Positions 24,001-37,721 are shown, numbered from the whole stretch's first letter. The stretch is 57,534 bases of DNA, filler included, from Sphacelaria rigidula (GCA_964200075.2; 7 parts of 7 records of this genome joined end to end with filler, not necessarily neighbours in it), one strand, 5' to 3'. The notes: generated by a model from the sequence alone, not told the origin. Translations and numbers: made by a program.

Positions 24001-24367
24001 TTTTAGAGTGCAAATATCTCAGGATCAGAGTACAACGAAAACTTATTTCGCCCTCCGTCAAAATGTGGTTTTCCCTGAACTTTTTTCCGGTGAGATTTTT
24101 TTTTTATATTGCACTTTGATCCAGAGATATTTGTACTCTGAAATTATTGACAAGTGTTTTCCGAAACTCTCTATTTTTATATTCTTGAAAGTATGTAAAC
24201 TTCTCTCTCTTATTATTGCCGCGTTCGTCAAAAAGAACAAAAGCTGAAGAAGAAGCAAAACCGGTCGGCAAAGGGCACACTTTTTTTGCTTCTTAAGAGT
24301 ACAACGAACGAATCAAGTGGAAAGCTCAAGGACCGTTTCTGTACTTTTTCCAAGGAGTAATTATGCC

Positions 24368-24602
24368 GGTCGCCCCGGTGGCTCAGTTGGTAACCTCGTG
24401 ACCTTCTGACGATTGAGTTGTGGAGTTCGATTCCCGGAGCGATCTGGGAGTTTTTCTTACACCATGCCCAACAGTGGAGAACGACTATGTCGTGGGTACA
24501 CGAAATTCGGCTTAACGGTCGACGAGGGAACGGGATGGCTGATCCCTCTCGCGATAAAAAATAAAAAGGCAAGCACCGCAGAAGGGAGGTGGGGTACTAA
24601 AA
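24368..24602 (+). mobile_element. SINE family S1, 5' half (cut by linker)
   Basis: Clean A-box TGGCTCAGTTGG and B-box GAGTTCGATTCC, then the conserved body. Confidence 0.85.
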
Positions 24603-26690
24603 NNNNNNNNNNNNNNNNNNNNNNNNNNNNNNNNNNNNNNNNNNNNTTAATTAATTAANNNNNNNNNNNNNNNNNNNNNNNNNNNNNNNNNNNNNNNNNN
24701 NNTGCTTGCTACATCAGATGTAGACCACCTAATGCGCACCCTTCACCTGAAAACAGACTAGATGAAACTTTACGTCTTCGTCATAACCCTGCAGTTACAT
24801 ACGCGGATTTTCAGCAACACGGCACTGTTTCGTGCAGACGCCAGACACGCCATCCCTGACCAGCCTATCGGTCGTTCTGGAGGCCCGGTCCCAAAAGGGT
24901 TAAGCCTTTTCAATCTCAAACATGCGAAGAAAAGGTGTGAAGGGACACCTGATGCATATCTTGCAGACCACCCCGCCAGATACCACCCGTTCACAGGACC
25001 GTGCAGACCCCACACAATTCCTTCTTAGCTACCACCGCATCCTTGCAGCATGCAGCATGAGTTGAGCTCAGGGATAGATACACTGCAGCAGTTGGTTATG
25101 ATATGCTTACTGTTTGCTCGCGAAAACTTGATTGGGCATGTTCTTTGACGGTAGGTGTAGGCGACGGAAGGGCATGATACGGTAGGCGACCGACTTGCGT
25201 ACACGCTCATGGCTTCAACCCCCATTTCGACAACGAACATTTTTCCTGTTTTAATTTTGCAAAAACAACCAGCAGCCATATATATATACATATATATATC
25301 TCCTTCGGTACATGCGGAACGGCTCTCACCGGGTGAGGGAAGCCGCCATCATCGGATTCCCTCATCTTTCAAGAAAATGATGCCGTTTTTTTTTGTGAAC
25401 CCTAGGAAAATTCGCGGAGTGCAGGAAGCTTCCCGCCCATGACGTTCCTCTTTATTGTCTGCAAAACATCTCTAGCAACGGATTTTTTTTTCCCGGAGCA
25501 CAAACGACGGCACTTCACTTCTCACAAAAAAGTAAATCACTCCTTGGGTTCCTTTTTTCTTCGGTCCTTCTCTTTTTCGTTTCTCATTTTTTCGGACTTG
25601 AAAGGTACTTTTTTGGCCCTGAGATCGGTTCTTGTGACAAATGGAAAAATATTCGGGAAAACCGCCTTTTTGGCCCTTCTGCGTCACGTTACCCCCGAGA
25701 GTAGGACTATTTTAGGCGGGTGTTGACACCTCAGAATGCCTTGCTATACTCGTTGGGACCGTTGAGACGGTTCCAGGGCACCTTTGCGTTTTCCGGCGGC
25801 CCCAGGTTTTCTGGCGTGACTTGCACTTCTGTCCAAGAACGGCAGCCCGGGACTTGGCTGTTCTTGGTTGTTCTTCGATTACACGCAAGTTACACCAAGA
25901 AAGAAAGTGCGGGAACCGGAAACGCAAAGGTGTCCTGGGACCGTCTCAACGCCTGCGATTATAGCGAGGCATTCCAAGGTGTCAACATCCGCCTAGCTCT
26001 CTGTTGGGGCGAAAAACGACGCAGAACCAAAAGGGCAGATTCAGACATTTTTTGTTATTGCCGTAGGAAGTGTCCTGACAGTTTTTTTTTAATCCCAAAC
26101 GTTTTTTCACCCATCCACCGGCCGACAGCCGCCCCCCTGCTTCAAAATATCGGTTGGCGGGTTAGTACGCCGTGTTTTTCCGTCGGACAGGCAGGTGGGC
26201 GGGTACGGCAGCCTGGCGCACCGCCTTCAGCTGGCCCCGCAGAAATGGGCTCCGAAAACAAAAGCGCCCCCGGAAAAAACGCCCCAAAAGAGGCAAAAAC
26301 ACTTCCCGGGCGAGGATATCGGATTTTCTTTTTTTAATCTTATAAAGAAGCCCGGCCCCGATATATGTAAAATTGGGCTTTTGGGGCTGGAACCAATGGA
26401 GCAAAGGCCTGCTTCTTACTACAGGAACATGGCGATGTAACAGCACGCCAACAGCCCAATGCGCTACACGCCCAAGAGGAGCGGACCAGTAAAGGAGCGG
26501 ATCCATATGGTATGCCACCGAGTGGAGTGTGGGGGCCGTGTAACCGAGAGACAGCCCCTACGAGGGTAGTGGGAAAGCCATATACAGCAGTTGCTTGTGG
26601 CGACGCTGCCGTTGAAGCTGCTACAGCACCAGCAGCTGCGTGGGGTTTCTGGGAGGCTGCTGCTGGTGCAGCAGCGAGCTGTGTACGCTT

Positions 26691-26800
26691 GGGGGGGGGT
26701 GTACTCATGATCATGCATGCCATAGTCATAAGACCATTGACCTCGCATCCCTACACAGCCGGGACGGAGCACGCCGGGTTGTCGCTGGACCAGGCTCGCA
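26691..26800 (-). repeat. Family R3, type-a end
   Basis: GGGGTGTACTCATGATCATGCATGCC...GGACCAGGCTCG. Confidence 0.8.
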
Positions 26801-27259
26801 CTCAATGACCAAGCGCAAAGCACCGTTACGCTTGGGGGTGGGGCTGAAACATCCGTTGGGATACTGCTGCTGATACTGCTATTGCTACTCCCGCTGCTAT
26901 TGCTCGTGCGAGAGACGCTCCGCGTTTCGACCGAGCGACAGTGCCGATGCACCCCGCGAGTCATTCTCGCCCCTCTGGGATACCCAGCCTGTACTACCCA
27001 CGGATGGGTTCATCCTTGCTTACTCGGCAAAGCGCTGGGAGATAGAGCTGTTCGCATCTCTGTTTGGGACTTGTGCACCTCGTGTTATTTAGCCCTAATA
27101 TATTACATGAGCCGAACAGCCCACGCGTGGGAAGTATGTCACGTTCCCTCTCGGATTCTTATTTGATTATTCCTCCGTTCTCTCGGAATTGACTGTTTTT
27201 TTCATGAGTGTGATTTCGCCGGTGATGCTTGTAGATAATCAGCAGTCAGGCTGTGTCTT

Positions 27260-27700
27260 ATGTCGTGTCTTAGCGCATTGATTTTCGATCGAAAATGTGC
27301 GGTGGAAAAGGAAAACTCCGATTCGGTACGTGGACACTTTATACGATAGCCCCCTCCCCCCAAAGGTACCTCGTTTGGGGAGGCAAAACCTTCACGTAAA
27401 TTGAAATGGAAAAGGTCGAGCACAACGAGCAGCTGGGAATTCCCATGCTTGGGTTCGTTCTCGCCAGTGTCGCCCATATGAGGCGCTTCATGCAGCCTGA
27501 ACCCAAACATCAGGTACTGTATGGCCATTTTTTTCGTTACACTTTAGGGCTGCTTTTGAGGGGGGTTATCGTAGAAAGTGCCCGTCGTGATTTCAACCCC
27601 CGTAATTTATGTCGAAAATAGTTGAAATCACGACCTATCAGATCGGAATTGTTGTTTTCCTCCGCATTATTCGATCGAGAAATGACGTGCTGAAGCGCGA
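27260..27700. repeat. Family M repeat (longer, nested form)
   Basis: TTTTCGATCGAAAATGTGCGGTGGAAA and GTTGAAATCACGACCTATCAGATCG are shared with 11952-12157. 27508-27580 is the reverse complement of the window end. Confidence 0.6.
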
Positions 27701-28457
27701 CCTCAATAAATTTTTGTCGACTCGAAAACGTGCGGTGGAATCGAATTAGCTCGTATCTGATACGTTCACAGCATTTATGTTCTCAGATGGCTTCAAGTTC
27801 GTTATATTCTTTTTTGCGCGCGGCGGGCAGGGTGACAAATAGGAAGCTTAGCTTTTTAGGTGGAAAACACGCGGCGGAAACGAACGAAGGGATCTTGCAG
27901 ACCACCACGCTGGATACCACCCTTCTACAGAATAATGCAAACAACGCACAATATTCTCGACATCTCAACGCAAGCCGCAGCATACGTCACGACTTGAGCA
28001 CCAGATACATACATATATATATACACTACAATAATGTGGAGCCGACAATGTCACCCTCAAGGTATGACGTGTTTATTACTTGCCGGCGGAAACTTGAGCA
28101 TCTTTTTTTATTGTAGGGGTCAGGAACGGAATTGCGCGGTAGGGTGGGCGACCATCTTGCGAGTACGCTCATGGATAGTACAGGCAGTGCACAACTGCAT
28201 GTTGTTCAGATCTTTTTCACATCCTGCCGTTGCCCCCTTCTTCTTCACACCCTACTGTACGAAACACACACACTACTGTGAAGACATCACAGACAGTACT
28301 ATACTGTTTGTATTGAATACAAGCGAACAAGTACCGCTCCACGAATTCCACCGTCTTCTTCGATCAAAAGCGTGCGAAGTCGCTGGAACCCAAACGTCGT
28401 CAAACAAACGAATTCAATTCCGCCGCACCGATTCGTTCGACACCAAAGCATTTGACA

Positions 28458-28664
28458 AGGGCGTGTCTAAGCACGTTGTTTTTCGATCGAAACTGTGCGG
28501 TGAAAAAGGAACGTTCCGATATTTTAGGTCGTCATTTCAACTATCGTAATTTATGTTGACATCTCGACCCATCACCGACCCATCAGGTCGAATTTTTTTG
28601 TTTTGAATCGCACGTTATCGACCGAAATATAATTGGCGAAGACACAACCCAAGACACGGCCCCG
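28458..28664. repeat. Family M repeat
   Basis: AGGGCGTGTCTAAGCAC...TTTTCGATCGAAA...GCGAAGACAC. Confidence 0.6.
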
Positions 28665-28930
28665 ACCAATCGAAAAAAGACGAAAGAGCAACACAACAAC
28701 CGCCACAAGATTGTCCTCATGGTCACAACATAATTATCATTTTGTATTCTGGATAAGACGGGACCTTGGGTCGGAAAGATGCGGGCTCGATTCCCTGCAG
28801 AGATGCATTTGGATTTGGTTCGGGAAGAGTACCTGATTTTCGTCATTGAAGACGTGAGAACTTTCGTACTGAAAACAATATTTGCCACGAGAGTCGACGC
28901 CTTGACGGAGTGCTGATCGGGTCCACAATA

Positions 28931-29903
28931 CGAGCTGGGCCGCCCAAGAAGCTCATTTTCTTTCAGCCCGTTCTAACTGACGAGATATCGAGAGTTGTGC
29001 CCACTATGACACATCGTGGTAATCGGCAAATCAGTGTGCGTCTTCAAATCCATACAGCACTGCGATCCGACAAGGTCTAATCAAACGAAATACCAAACTG
29101 TAATAAAGTGCGAAAGTGTAAAGAGTTGAGGGTACTATGTGCGGCGGAGTTAGCCAAAAGACAACGGCTGAGATTGGATTTTCGGTTACAGTCAGTATTG
29201 TGCCGCGTGGTGCCGCACAAGCTGTGGCACGATTCCCGAGATCAATACTCAGTCGTTTTCGATGACATTTTGACATGATGTACAGGAAGTATGTGCAAAC
29301 ACCCCTTCATTCCTCTTGTGTGTTTTTTTTCTTTTCTTCGTGAGTTATTGGCGACGGAACATTTAAGAACAGTTTTTTTCGGAACAAAATCGCCGATAAC
29401 TCACGCAGAAAAACAAAAAAAAACATAGGAGGAAAGGTTTGGTATTTGCACATACGTCTTGTGCATCGTGTCAAAATTGCATCGAAAACGATCCAAAATT
29501 GAGCGCAGGAAATGCGTTTGAATTATTCGTAACTGGTCCACCTCCATATACTACAGAAACCGCTTGTCGATAGAATGACGCATTTTCTTCGCTCAATTTT
29601 CGATCGTTTTCAATGAAATTTTGACACGATGTACAGGACCTATGTGCGAACACCTCACCTTCCATCCTATGTTTTTTTTTCTTTTCTCCATGAGTTTTTG
29701 GCGAAGGAGCATTTCAGAACAGTTTTCCGGAACAAAATTGCCAATAACTCACGAAGAAAACAGAACAAAAATAGGGGGTGGAAGGTGAGGTGTTCGCACA
29801 TACGTTTTGTGTATCGTGTCAAAATTGCATCGAAAATGATCCAAAGTTGAGCGAAGAAAATGCGTTTCAACATTCCTGGTTGCTTCTTGGGCGGCCCAGC
29901 TTG
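28931..29903. mobile_element. Complete non-autonomous Tc1/mariner-type element (~970 bp)
   Basis: TA|CGAGCTGGGCCGCCCAAGAAGC ... GCTTCTTGGGCGGCCCAGCTTG|TA (22-bp TIR, 1 mismatch). Internal duplication ~29265-29520 / 29615-29870. No transposase ORF. Confidence 0.85.
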
Positions 29904-30086
29904 TAGCACGATGCAACACCTCTACGGGGGGAGAGAGGTGTTTGGTGGGTTGATCCCTTAAGACCACGGGCTCGTCCCGAGGAAGGACAGGGGTTAAAGG
30001 TGTGCCACGAAAACAATTTTCTGCTGAAGAGCAAATTGGTTTCTTGCTCGTGCACTTTCGCGTAAGTAAGTGCCTTCGTTTTAGTA

Positions 30087-30438
30087 GGCCCCGCTGGTGG
30101 CTCAGTTGGTAACCCCGAAACCTTCTGACGGTTGGGTCGTGGGTTCGAATCTCGGAGCGATCTGGATTTTTTCTTACAACATGCCCAACACTGGAGAGCG
30201 ACTCTGTCGTGGGTACACTAAGTTCGACATCACGGTCGACGAGGGAAAGGGACTGCTGAACCCCTCTCGCGATAAAAAATACAGGCAAGCGCCGTAGAAT
30301 GAAGGTGGGGTACTAAAACAATACGAAAAAGAAAAAACTCCTGTGTTGACCTTCCTCCCGTGTGACCCCGGCTGGTGCGCCCACATATACCGAAAGGTGT
30401 AGACCGGCGTCCAGAATAGATGGGACGACAACACACAG
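30087..30438 (+). mobile_element. SINE family S1, full length
   Basis: A-box TGGCTCAGTTGG, B-box GGTTCGAATCT, body, and a short ACAACACAC tail. Confidence 0.88.
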
Positions 30439-32342
30439 TACAGAGCGTAGGCACCAAAACATCGGCCTCAACTCGCGCCCTGCAGAAGACAGGTCAGTCA
30501 ACACATGGGCACACATCACAGCTAGAGAAACAAGCGTGCCACCAGCCAGAGGAAGGCTCGGGCAAGCACGCAAAAGCCGACTGATACAGCGATGGCTTCG
30601 TCCAGGTGCATATCCATAGCCTGAGCAGCCAGCGGTGACGCAGCAGATGTTGTGGCGGTCATCTACTGTTACCGTTCGCTGACCCAATTCTGAAGTTACG
30701 GAGGCACTATTATGTCTTGGTGCAAAGTCTGAGCACGACTTTTATGGACATCCCACTTGTCTTCCGGAGGAGATTTGAAGAAAAGAACAAAAACATACTC
30801 ATAATTTTGTGTATCAAAACACTCTCGTTGCACTATACGCGTGTATCAATGCTTGCTGCTGCCTTACCCTGTGTGGTGTGTTCACCAGCTGCAATTTGCG
30901 ACGGACCAAGTTTGTTATTATCGAGGATTGACCCTTTCACCGCCAGGGTGGGCGATCCATTGAACCGTCAATATTTTTGTCCGTATTTGTCAAGTGTAAA
31001 ATGATGCCGATTGAACAGGTCACCTACTTTTCTTTTACCCTAGCTTGGGGGTAGTTCGCCTGTGACCACGGAAGGCGTCCGCATCAGATGCCCAGTACAG
31101 AGTACTGCGCAGATATCGGAACGGTTTTTAATGTGAAGGCAACAACAAACAACAACAACCTATCCTAGCTGTCAACGGTTAGTACCTGTGACACTAGGGA
31201 AGACTTATAGAGTCGTCAGCTCTACGACTACTGATAGTCGACGACACGTTTTGTTCAAAGCGACACGTTTTAATTCAACGAGCACCAAAATTGACGGATG
31301 TGACAAAACACTCACCGTAGCACACTGTCGCGAATTTGCCTTCATACATTCAGCGCGTTTCCAATCCCACCTCGCGCAGAATAACCCGCATGCAGCCTAA
31401 AAATGTGTCATCGATTCATACGTTGAATGCCAGTGTTCCGTATTAACCCGCCGCGATTTCGACGACTCGAATGTTGGTGCTTGTTTGATTAAGCATCATA
31501 TATCTAACGACTAACTCTTTGGAGCGTTCACCGTTTGACCACCGGGGTTGGTAATCTGGATCACGCAGTAAGGATTCAAATAAAAGCGATGCCGATTCCA
31601 TAAATGGTTACCTCCAGCGCCAAGTGTCCGTTTGTGACGTCGGCATCATTTTGACTCCTTTTTCAAGTGGAAATGGAGTAAAATGCCCACACCCAGTCAA
31701 GTGCTAGACACGAAATCCGGCGAAGAGGTTGCTGGTTCCACTTAGAGACGGAATCGGACCGTGTATGTGGTTGCGTGATCATGTTTATCATATTCTGCAG
31801 TCCCTCCCCCTCCGCATACTGTCGTGCAAAGGGTATTGAAGACTTCATAAGTAACTCCTCGACAAACGGTGTGATTTCTCGTGCATTCGACCGTCAGCCA
31901 TTATCTCGAGATTGCACTGTACACAGTCGTACCAGCCTCCAACTATCCAATCGGCGCACGGGTGCGATCCCTGATACACCCCCCGCCCTTTCTTCCACCT
32001 TTAACCATATTTCATCAAGGGTTGGTGTCGGTTGGCAAAGACGCTGTACAACACGCCACTTACAGCGGAAGCTAGGCAATCAGGCTACCGTTTGTTTGTC
32101 TCGCGTTTGATCACAGGACTCATGATGGTGGTCGAGACAGACCATATTCTGCGGGTGGAGAATCTCAACTCCGCGCAAAGGCGATGACCGTACCACATGA
32201 AATGTGAATGGTGGGACACCCATAAGGCAGTGTAACCCGTGCCTGTCTCTGGACATGGCGATGTCAGAAAATGGAGCAACTCCTTCGAAGCTGTCATCCA
32301 TACGCAAAATAGTCAGTACGACTCGGGCCGAACAACCTTAGG

Positions 32343-32532
32343 AGGATGCAGCTCATCCCTCATGCAACTCGCCGAACACATCACGGAGGTTCGTGCTTGG
32401 TGGTTGCGAGCCTATTCCGGCCAAAATCCGGCGTGCTTCGTCCCTGCTTTGTTGGGATGCGAGGTCAATGGTCATATGTCATATGACTGCGGCATACAAG
32501 ATCATGAGTACACTCTCCACCCCCTCCGTACA
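32343..32532 (+). repeat. Family R3, longer copy with type-a end
   Basis: Homologous to the 14615 copy upstream; ends GATCATGAGTACACTCTCCACCCCCTCCGTACA. Confidence 0.75.
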
Positions 32533-32547
32533 AGTGTTCCCTGATAG

Positions 32548-32742
32548 GAGCAGCAGTTGTGGCAGACAGCCAGGTCGAGGCATGGTGTGAGATGGAGGCT
32601 AGTAGACGACTCTGACGTGCTTCAGTCGCCCATATGGGTGAAGTGGAATGAACAAATACGTCCCGTAACGCTGAATAATGTTCCCCGGTTGGTCGGAGAA
32701 TGTGTGGAGCTGGGTGCGGGCACGGGAGTTGCACTACTCTAG
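32548..32742 (+). pseudogene. Possible fragment of a class I SAM-dependent methyltransferase (METTL21/Methyltransf_16-like)
   Basis: Reads ...VPRLVGECVELGAGTGVALL*, resembling motif I (VLELGAGTG). There is a stop right after and no other motif. Confidence 0.3.
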
Positions 32743-32758
32743 TACCCAACCCTCACCC

Positions 32759-32836
32759 TGTACGGAGGGGGGGGGCGTACTCATTTGTTGCTTGCCTTAG
32801 TCATTTGACCATTGACCACGCATCCCTTTCGAGACG
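32759..32836 (-). repeat. Family R3, type-b end (cut by linker)
   Basis: TGTACGGAGGGGGGGGGCGTACTCATTTGTTGCTTGCCTTAG... Confidence 0.8.
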
Positions 32837-32936
32837 NNNNNNNNNNNNNNNNNNNNNNNNNNNNNNNNNNNNNNNNNNNNTTAATTAATTAANNNNNNNN
32901 NNNNNNNNNNNNNNNNNNNNNNNNNNNNNNNNNNNN

Positions 32937-33050
32937 ACAAATAAAAAAGAAAAAAAGCTCCCTGTGTTGACCTTCCTCCTGTGTGCCCCCGGCTGGTGCG
33001 CCCACATATACCGAAAGATATAGACCGGCGTCCAGGGTAGAAGGGACGAC

Positions 33051-33095
<45 letters not shown>
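32937..33095 (+). mobile_element. SINE family S1, 3' half with long (CA)n tail
   Basis: Conserved 3' block followed by about 20 CA units. Confidence 0.85.
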
Positions 33096-33097
<2 letters not shown>

Positions 33098-34164
33098 CGG
33101 TCGCTCTCACAGAGACTGATACAGTTGTCTCCAGGACCTGGACGACAGCTCAATCGAGTACAGTCCATTGTATTTTATCAAGTGTAGGATATTGCGGCAG
33201 AACTGAACCATGCGCGATTTCGCGCGGGCTGATGCGTGGGGGACAAGATATGCGCCCTAGCGTACAGCCTACGCGATCGATCTGTGCCTCACCTCACAAG
33301 ACAATTTTCTGCCGCTCCATGCGCGCCGTCATCAACCGTCGGCCACTTACACAAAGACGACATAATAAGGGTACATTCGCGGTGAAGACGCCACAGACCA
33401 TCGCAAACCTGGGACACGTGTATTGCTCAATTTTGCATCTCGCCATTTCTCGCTCTTTACACTTTTCAAATAGCCGCACCTTCACCACACGTGCACCTCT
33501 CAACCATGGGCTGGGGAAACAATTACTGCCCGAGTTTCAGTATCCCTATGACATCCTCATTGAGCTTTGGTCCATTTTCATGTTTTACTGGTGACGGATT
33601 AGTCTGTACCACCCATGACAAGCGCCCACAGCGATCGTCCTTTGGTTTGCACTTTTACCGCTCTGGTTGATTCCGTAGATGTTTACTGGCAGCCCCTTCG
33701 TACCTGTGCTGATTGATCCTCCATTCGATCCGTACCTGAATGTAGTAGGTCCCTGCGATCCTGACCAGTGCTGTGGTGGGCCACTCTACAACCCCTACTC
33801 AACCACACCAATCCATCTACATGCCCCCCAACCGTTACTGTAGTTCGAAGTCACGACGGCGCTCACCCACCCTACTTGCTGTCTACACAAACCTATTATA
33901 GCAGCATGACCCACCACCATCCATCCACTCCATCATGTTGAGTAAGGAAGAATTACGTGCTCTTGTTCTACACCACAAAAACGGTATTTCAACAGATCAA
34001 ACAACGGGGGATGACGAAACCTGTGCCGCTCTCTTTCCAAAGAAGCGCGAACAAAAAGACGGAAGCCGTGAAAGAACACCGAACTAAGCAGTCAATCAAA
34101 AACGGACCGCAAATAGATGCCAGGTGAGTAGGAACACACAAGCACACACACACACGTATCCATT

Positions 34165-34422
34165 GTGCGGACGAATCATGGTCGGTTCGGATCACGAAAT
34201 CCACGATTTCCGGGCCTGATTTCTCGAAAGAGAAGGAAAAGTTGACCGTTGGTCGAAAGGTCTTCACGCAATTTTTGCGATATTCCACGTGCCTGGCTTG
34301 CGCGTAACTAGCATGCAACGCTGAAAACAAAGCCCAAGGATTGATTCATACGGTACGAATCCAGTACACTGAAATCAAGTAATTTCCAGACGAATCATTC
34401 ATTCGTTCGACCCTTGCACATA
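34165..34422. repeat. Second copy of the 6128-6482 repeat
   Basis: Colinear similarity to ~6228-6480. Confidence 0.7.
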
Positions 34423-37400
34423 TCCTTCATCAAAGCCAAACGAGAGAAGAGAAGAAGAAAAAAAGACAAAAAGCAGTCTACATAACCGATAGCTTACCCA
34501 CCACGGAGAAAATAAAAACAAAGTAAATAAAAGTAATAAAGAGAAGGAAAGAACATGAGGTATGAAACAAGGCTTCTGGGGTATACGATTATCAAAGCTT
34601 CGCCCACAAACTCATCCCTCGCACAAAAGAGACGGGAAAATGGAGTCAGCTTTCACAAATGTCACAGTCGAAGGGCTACGACATCGCCCATATCTTCCCC
34701 TTGCCAACTTCGTGTCTAACTAGTGCTTGCATAAGCAACCCACCTCACATCCGATCATTGAGTCTGTGGTTTCCCTGTGAGGGTTATCTCCTTTTGTCAG
34801 CCGTTCAACTTGCGAGCAATACAAACAGGTGAGATGGATGTTCCTGCTGCTTTTTGACGATTATGATAGAGGCATGAAAAAAAAAAACAGATCAAACAAA
34901 AAAACGAGTTGAAGTATACAATACAAACATTACACACAAAACGAGTGCGGTTATCCGATCATTACCCCCAATTCCGGCCAAGCTCTCATTTCCACTTTTG
35001 CCCAAACAACACACGCGTGACCGTCCAGAGTCCTTCATCAGGATGCTCATGCTGTGTGTCCGAACATACATTATATAACAAAACTGACAACCGCGTGAAC
35101 CGATACGCAGGAACACGACAGATACAACGGCGACGAAGACTCACAACCTTCACCCCAACCCCACGATTACTCTCGTACGACCCGACTCCAGAACGACAGA
35201 AAAAAATAGAAGAACGACAAAATTCACTCATCTACCCACCCCCCCCCCCTTCGTTTACCACAATAATAAAAACAAAAAAGCAGGCAAATAAATGCAGAGC
35301 CACCGACACATACAGCTGACCACTCACCTCTACACTTGTCCTTCTACACTATCTATTTCATCGTCTAACCCTCCGGGGGGGGTGCGTGCGTGGGACGGAA
35401 CGCGTCATTTCCGGGATTTTCACATGATTTGTACAATCCCCCCCTCCCGCCCGCCTTCCCCTCCGCTCCACCTTCCTTGATTGGTTGTCGCACACAAGCT
35501 GATCCCCTAGGGGCCGAAGTCCTCCTGTCTTTCGTGAAAAGTGTTGTAGAATGCACCTATGCAGTACCTCGTCGTCGCATTGCTGTATTATGCTCTCGGC
35601 GAGCGAGTCCTTTTAGCCTGGTGAAGCGGCGCCGTCAGGCGCCGAAAAAAGTTCTCGAGCGTGCACCACCGCCCACAGGCGTTTTTTGTGTCAGGGTCGG
35701 CACCATGTTTGGCGAAGGCGAACTGTAATATTGTTGTTGTATAGGGCGGAGGGGGGTTGGGTTGTTACAAAGTCAGTGCTCCACCGCAGAAAAAATAAGG
35801 TTGAAGAGAAGACAAGAAGAGACGAAAAGGACAGGACTCTTTACGGGACGGGAATCTCTCGGGATATTCGTCGGGACGGGACGGATTTTCGCGGCCCGTC
35901 TGGTCACGTCGGGTCACGTCACGTCATTTTTTTAACGACAGAAAAAGTACCCGTTCCGTCCCGACCTCCATTTTGCGTTTCGCGTTCCCGTCTAGCTCTC
36001 TCACGGGACGACTCTGGCTTTTTCCAGATGTACGTGACGGGATAGATGTTTCCCGTCAACTTTCAACAGGAAATGATGGACTCACATGTGCACATTGAAT
36101 CATGTGCACATTGGATCTGTGCCAGACGTGATGGAATTTCGTACAAGAATCAAGTCCTGTTATCAGATTCGCAGTTTGCAGCGCTCATGGACTATAGCAA
36201 GTTATACAGCACGGTGCTGATATGTCCCGTCACGATCATAAGGGGTATACATCGAACATCGGACACGTTCAGTGTAAGCAAGAAGCCAACAAGGGTCGAC
36301 GAACTGACCACGGCCCCGGGTTACTGGCCTTATCGGTACTCTTTGACGGTTTCTACTCTGTCCGCAGTTATTACCATTGTTTTCGTCGACTAAACCATTA
36401 CTGAAGCCTTTTGTATGTCGAAACTGCTGTTGTTCTCGGTTGCTTCGTTCGTGCGCCGAAGAATCGGGGCCACAAAAAGTTATCCTGGGAAAGAAAATGG
36501 TATCGACGCGTTTGTTTCAGGATGTTGATACACGAGGACAAGCCAGAACGGGCCGTCCCGTTCCATCCCATCCCGCCCCGTCGTTTTTTCAGGCAACGAT
36601 AAAAGTACCCGTCCAAGTGCAAGGCAAGTATCGAGGGGGAAATGGACTGACGCATCCCGACTGCGAGTAAGGACTCATCGTGAGGCAGACGGGACACGGG
36701 CGAGAGGCAGGGTTACAATAAAGTACAACACCCACACACACGCGCGCGCGCACACACACACACACCTCGCATCCACCCTCTCCAGCTGAACTCAAACCAG
36801 CAGCATCAGAAGCAGCGGCAGCGGCGGTTGCGGCACAGGAACCGTGTGCGCGTTGAGATCCCTCGTGAAAAGGGCTGCGACCCGGCACTCGTCCTCGACA
36901 TATTTCCTGGTCACCGATGAGAACCACGGCGTGCCTGTCCGCGAGTCGCGACTTTTCCTGCAATAGATACAAACAAACCGTCCCCTTAAATCCATGGCCT
37001 ACACGCAGTGGTTGGTAATTGTTGAACCATAATTCTAACTCGAAGCCCAACCGAAGATAGAACGAGAACCCTGGGGCGAGCGGGGTGCAAGACATAATCT
37101 GTGCCTTGGCGGAGCTCAAGTCGACACCACCCAAAACAAAATAGTGCAGTGCGCGCTGGCGAGCACCTTGGACGCTAGCCCCCATGTCCACACTGAAAGC
37201 AAGTGTGCGTGAGAGTGAGTGTGTGTGTGTGTATGTGTGTGTTTGTGTGTCGACCATAGGGTTGAGGAGAGGACCTGAGCGTCAACACATACAACAGAGA
37301 CAAGCAGTGAGGAGAGAAATAAAAGACAAGAGAATGACATCGACAGCAAAATAAACATGTTTGTCGATACAAAAAGCACATGACATACACGTGCTGGTGC

Positions 37401-37640
37401 CTCGCGGTGTGCTGCATACTACCAACATATATGTGCCGCAGCACACCGATAATCCAAGCGATCTGTCCCTCGAGATGACCGATAAACAAATCCCGAGATA
37501 AGGACGTAGACATCGGGTTTGCAGCATCCTCTGAGCAGTATTGAAACCAGCGATACACAGGTACGGAGAGTCCGACAGCTTGCTTGACCCTCTGTTGACA
37601 AGGATAAACTCGCGAATTTTACCGGAGATTAATTTGCGCT

Positions 37641-37721
37641 TCAAAGTGTTTGAAGAAAAGTATGTGCTTTTCTCTTGATCTCTTCGAGCCTCGAAGCTAC
37701 GGGTCTTTGCGGCAGTGCTCC
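37641..37721 (-). CDS. Probable terminal exon of the C2-like/TM gene
   Basis: Acceptor tcgcctcag|, phase 0, GALPQRPVASRLEEIKRKAHTFLQTL*. Compatible with either candidate upstream donor. Confidence 0.4.
   Translation of the reverse strand, partial: GALPQRPVASRLEEIKRKAHTFLQTL

Noticed and set aside
24368..24445. Functional tRNA gene
   Set aside because: A and B boxes are present but there is no good cloverleaf, and it continues into the repeated SINE body.
24590..32960. SINE 5' half ending contig 3 and 3' half starting contig 5, suggesting a join
   Set aside because: Assemblies commonly break in the A-rich middle of this abundant repeat; nothing shows these are the same copy.
36765..36960. 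Possible minus-strand exon (ttgcag|...GAG|gtgtgt)
   Set aside because: Splice signals are plausible, but there is no recognisable protein and no partner exon.
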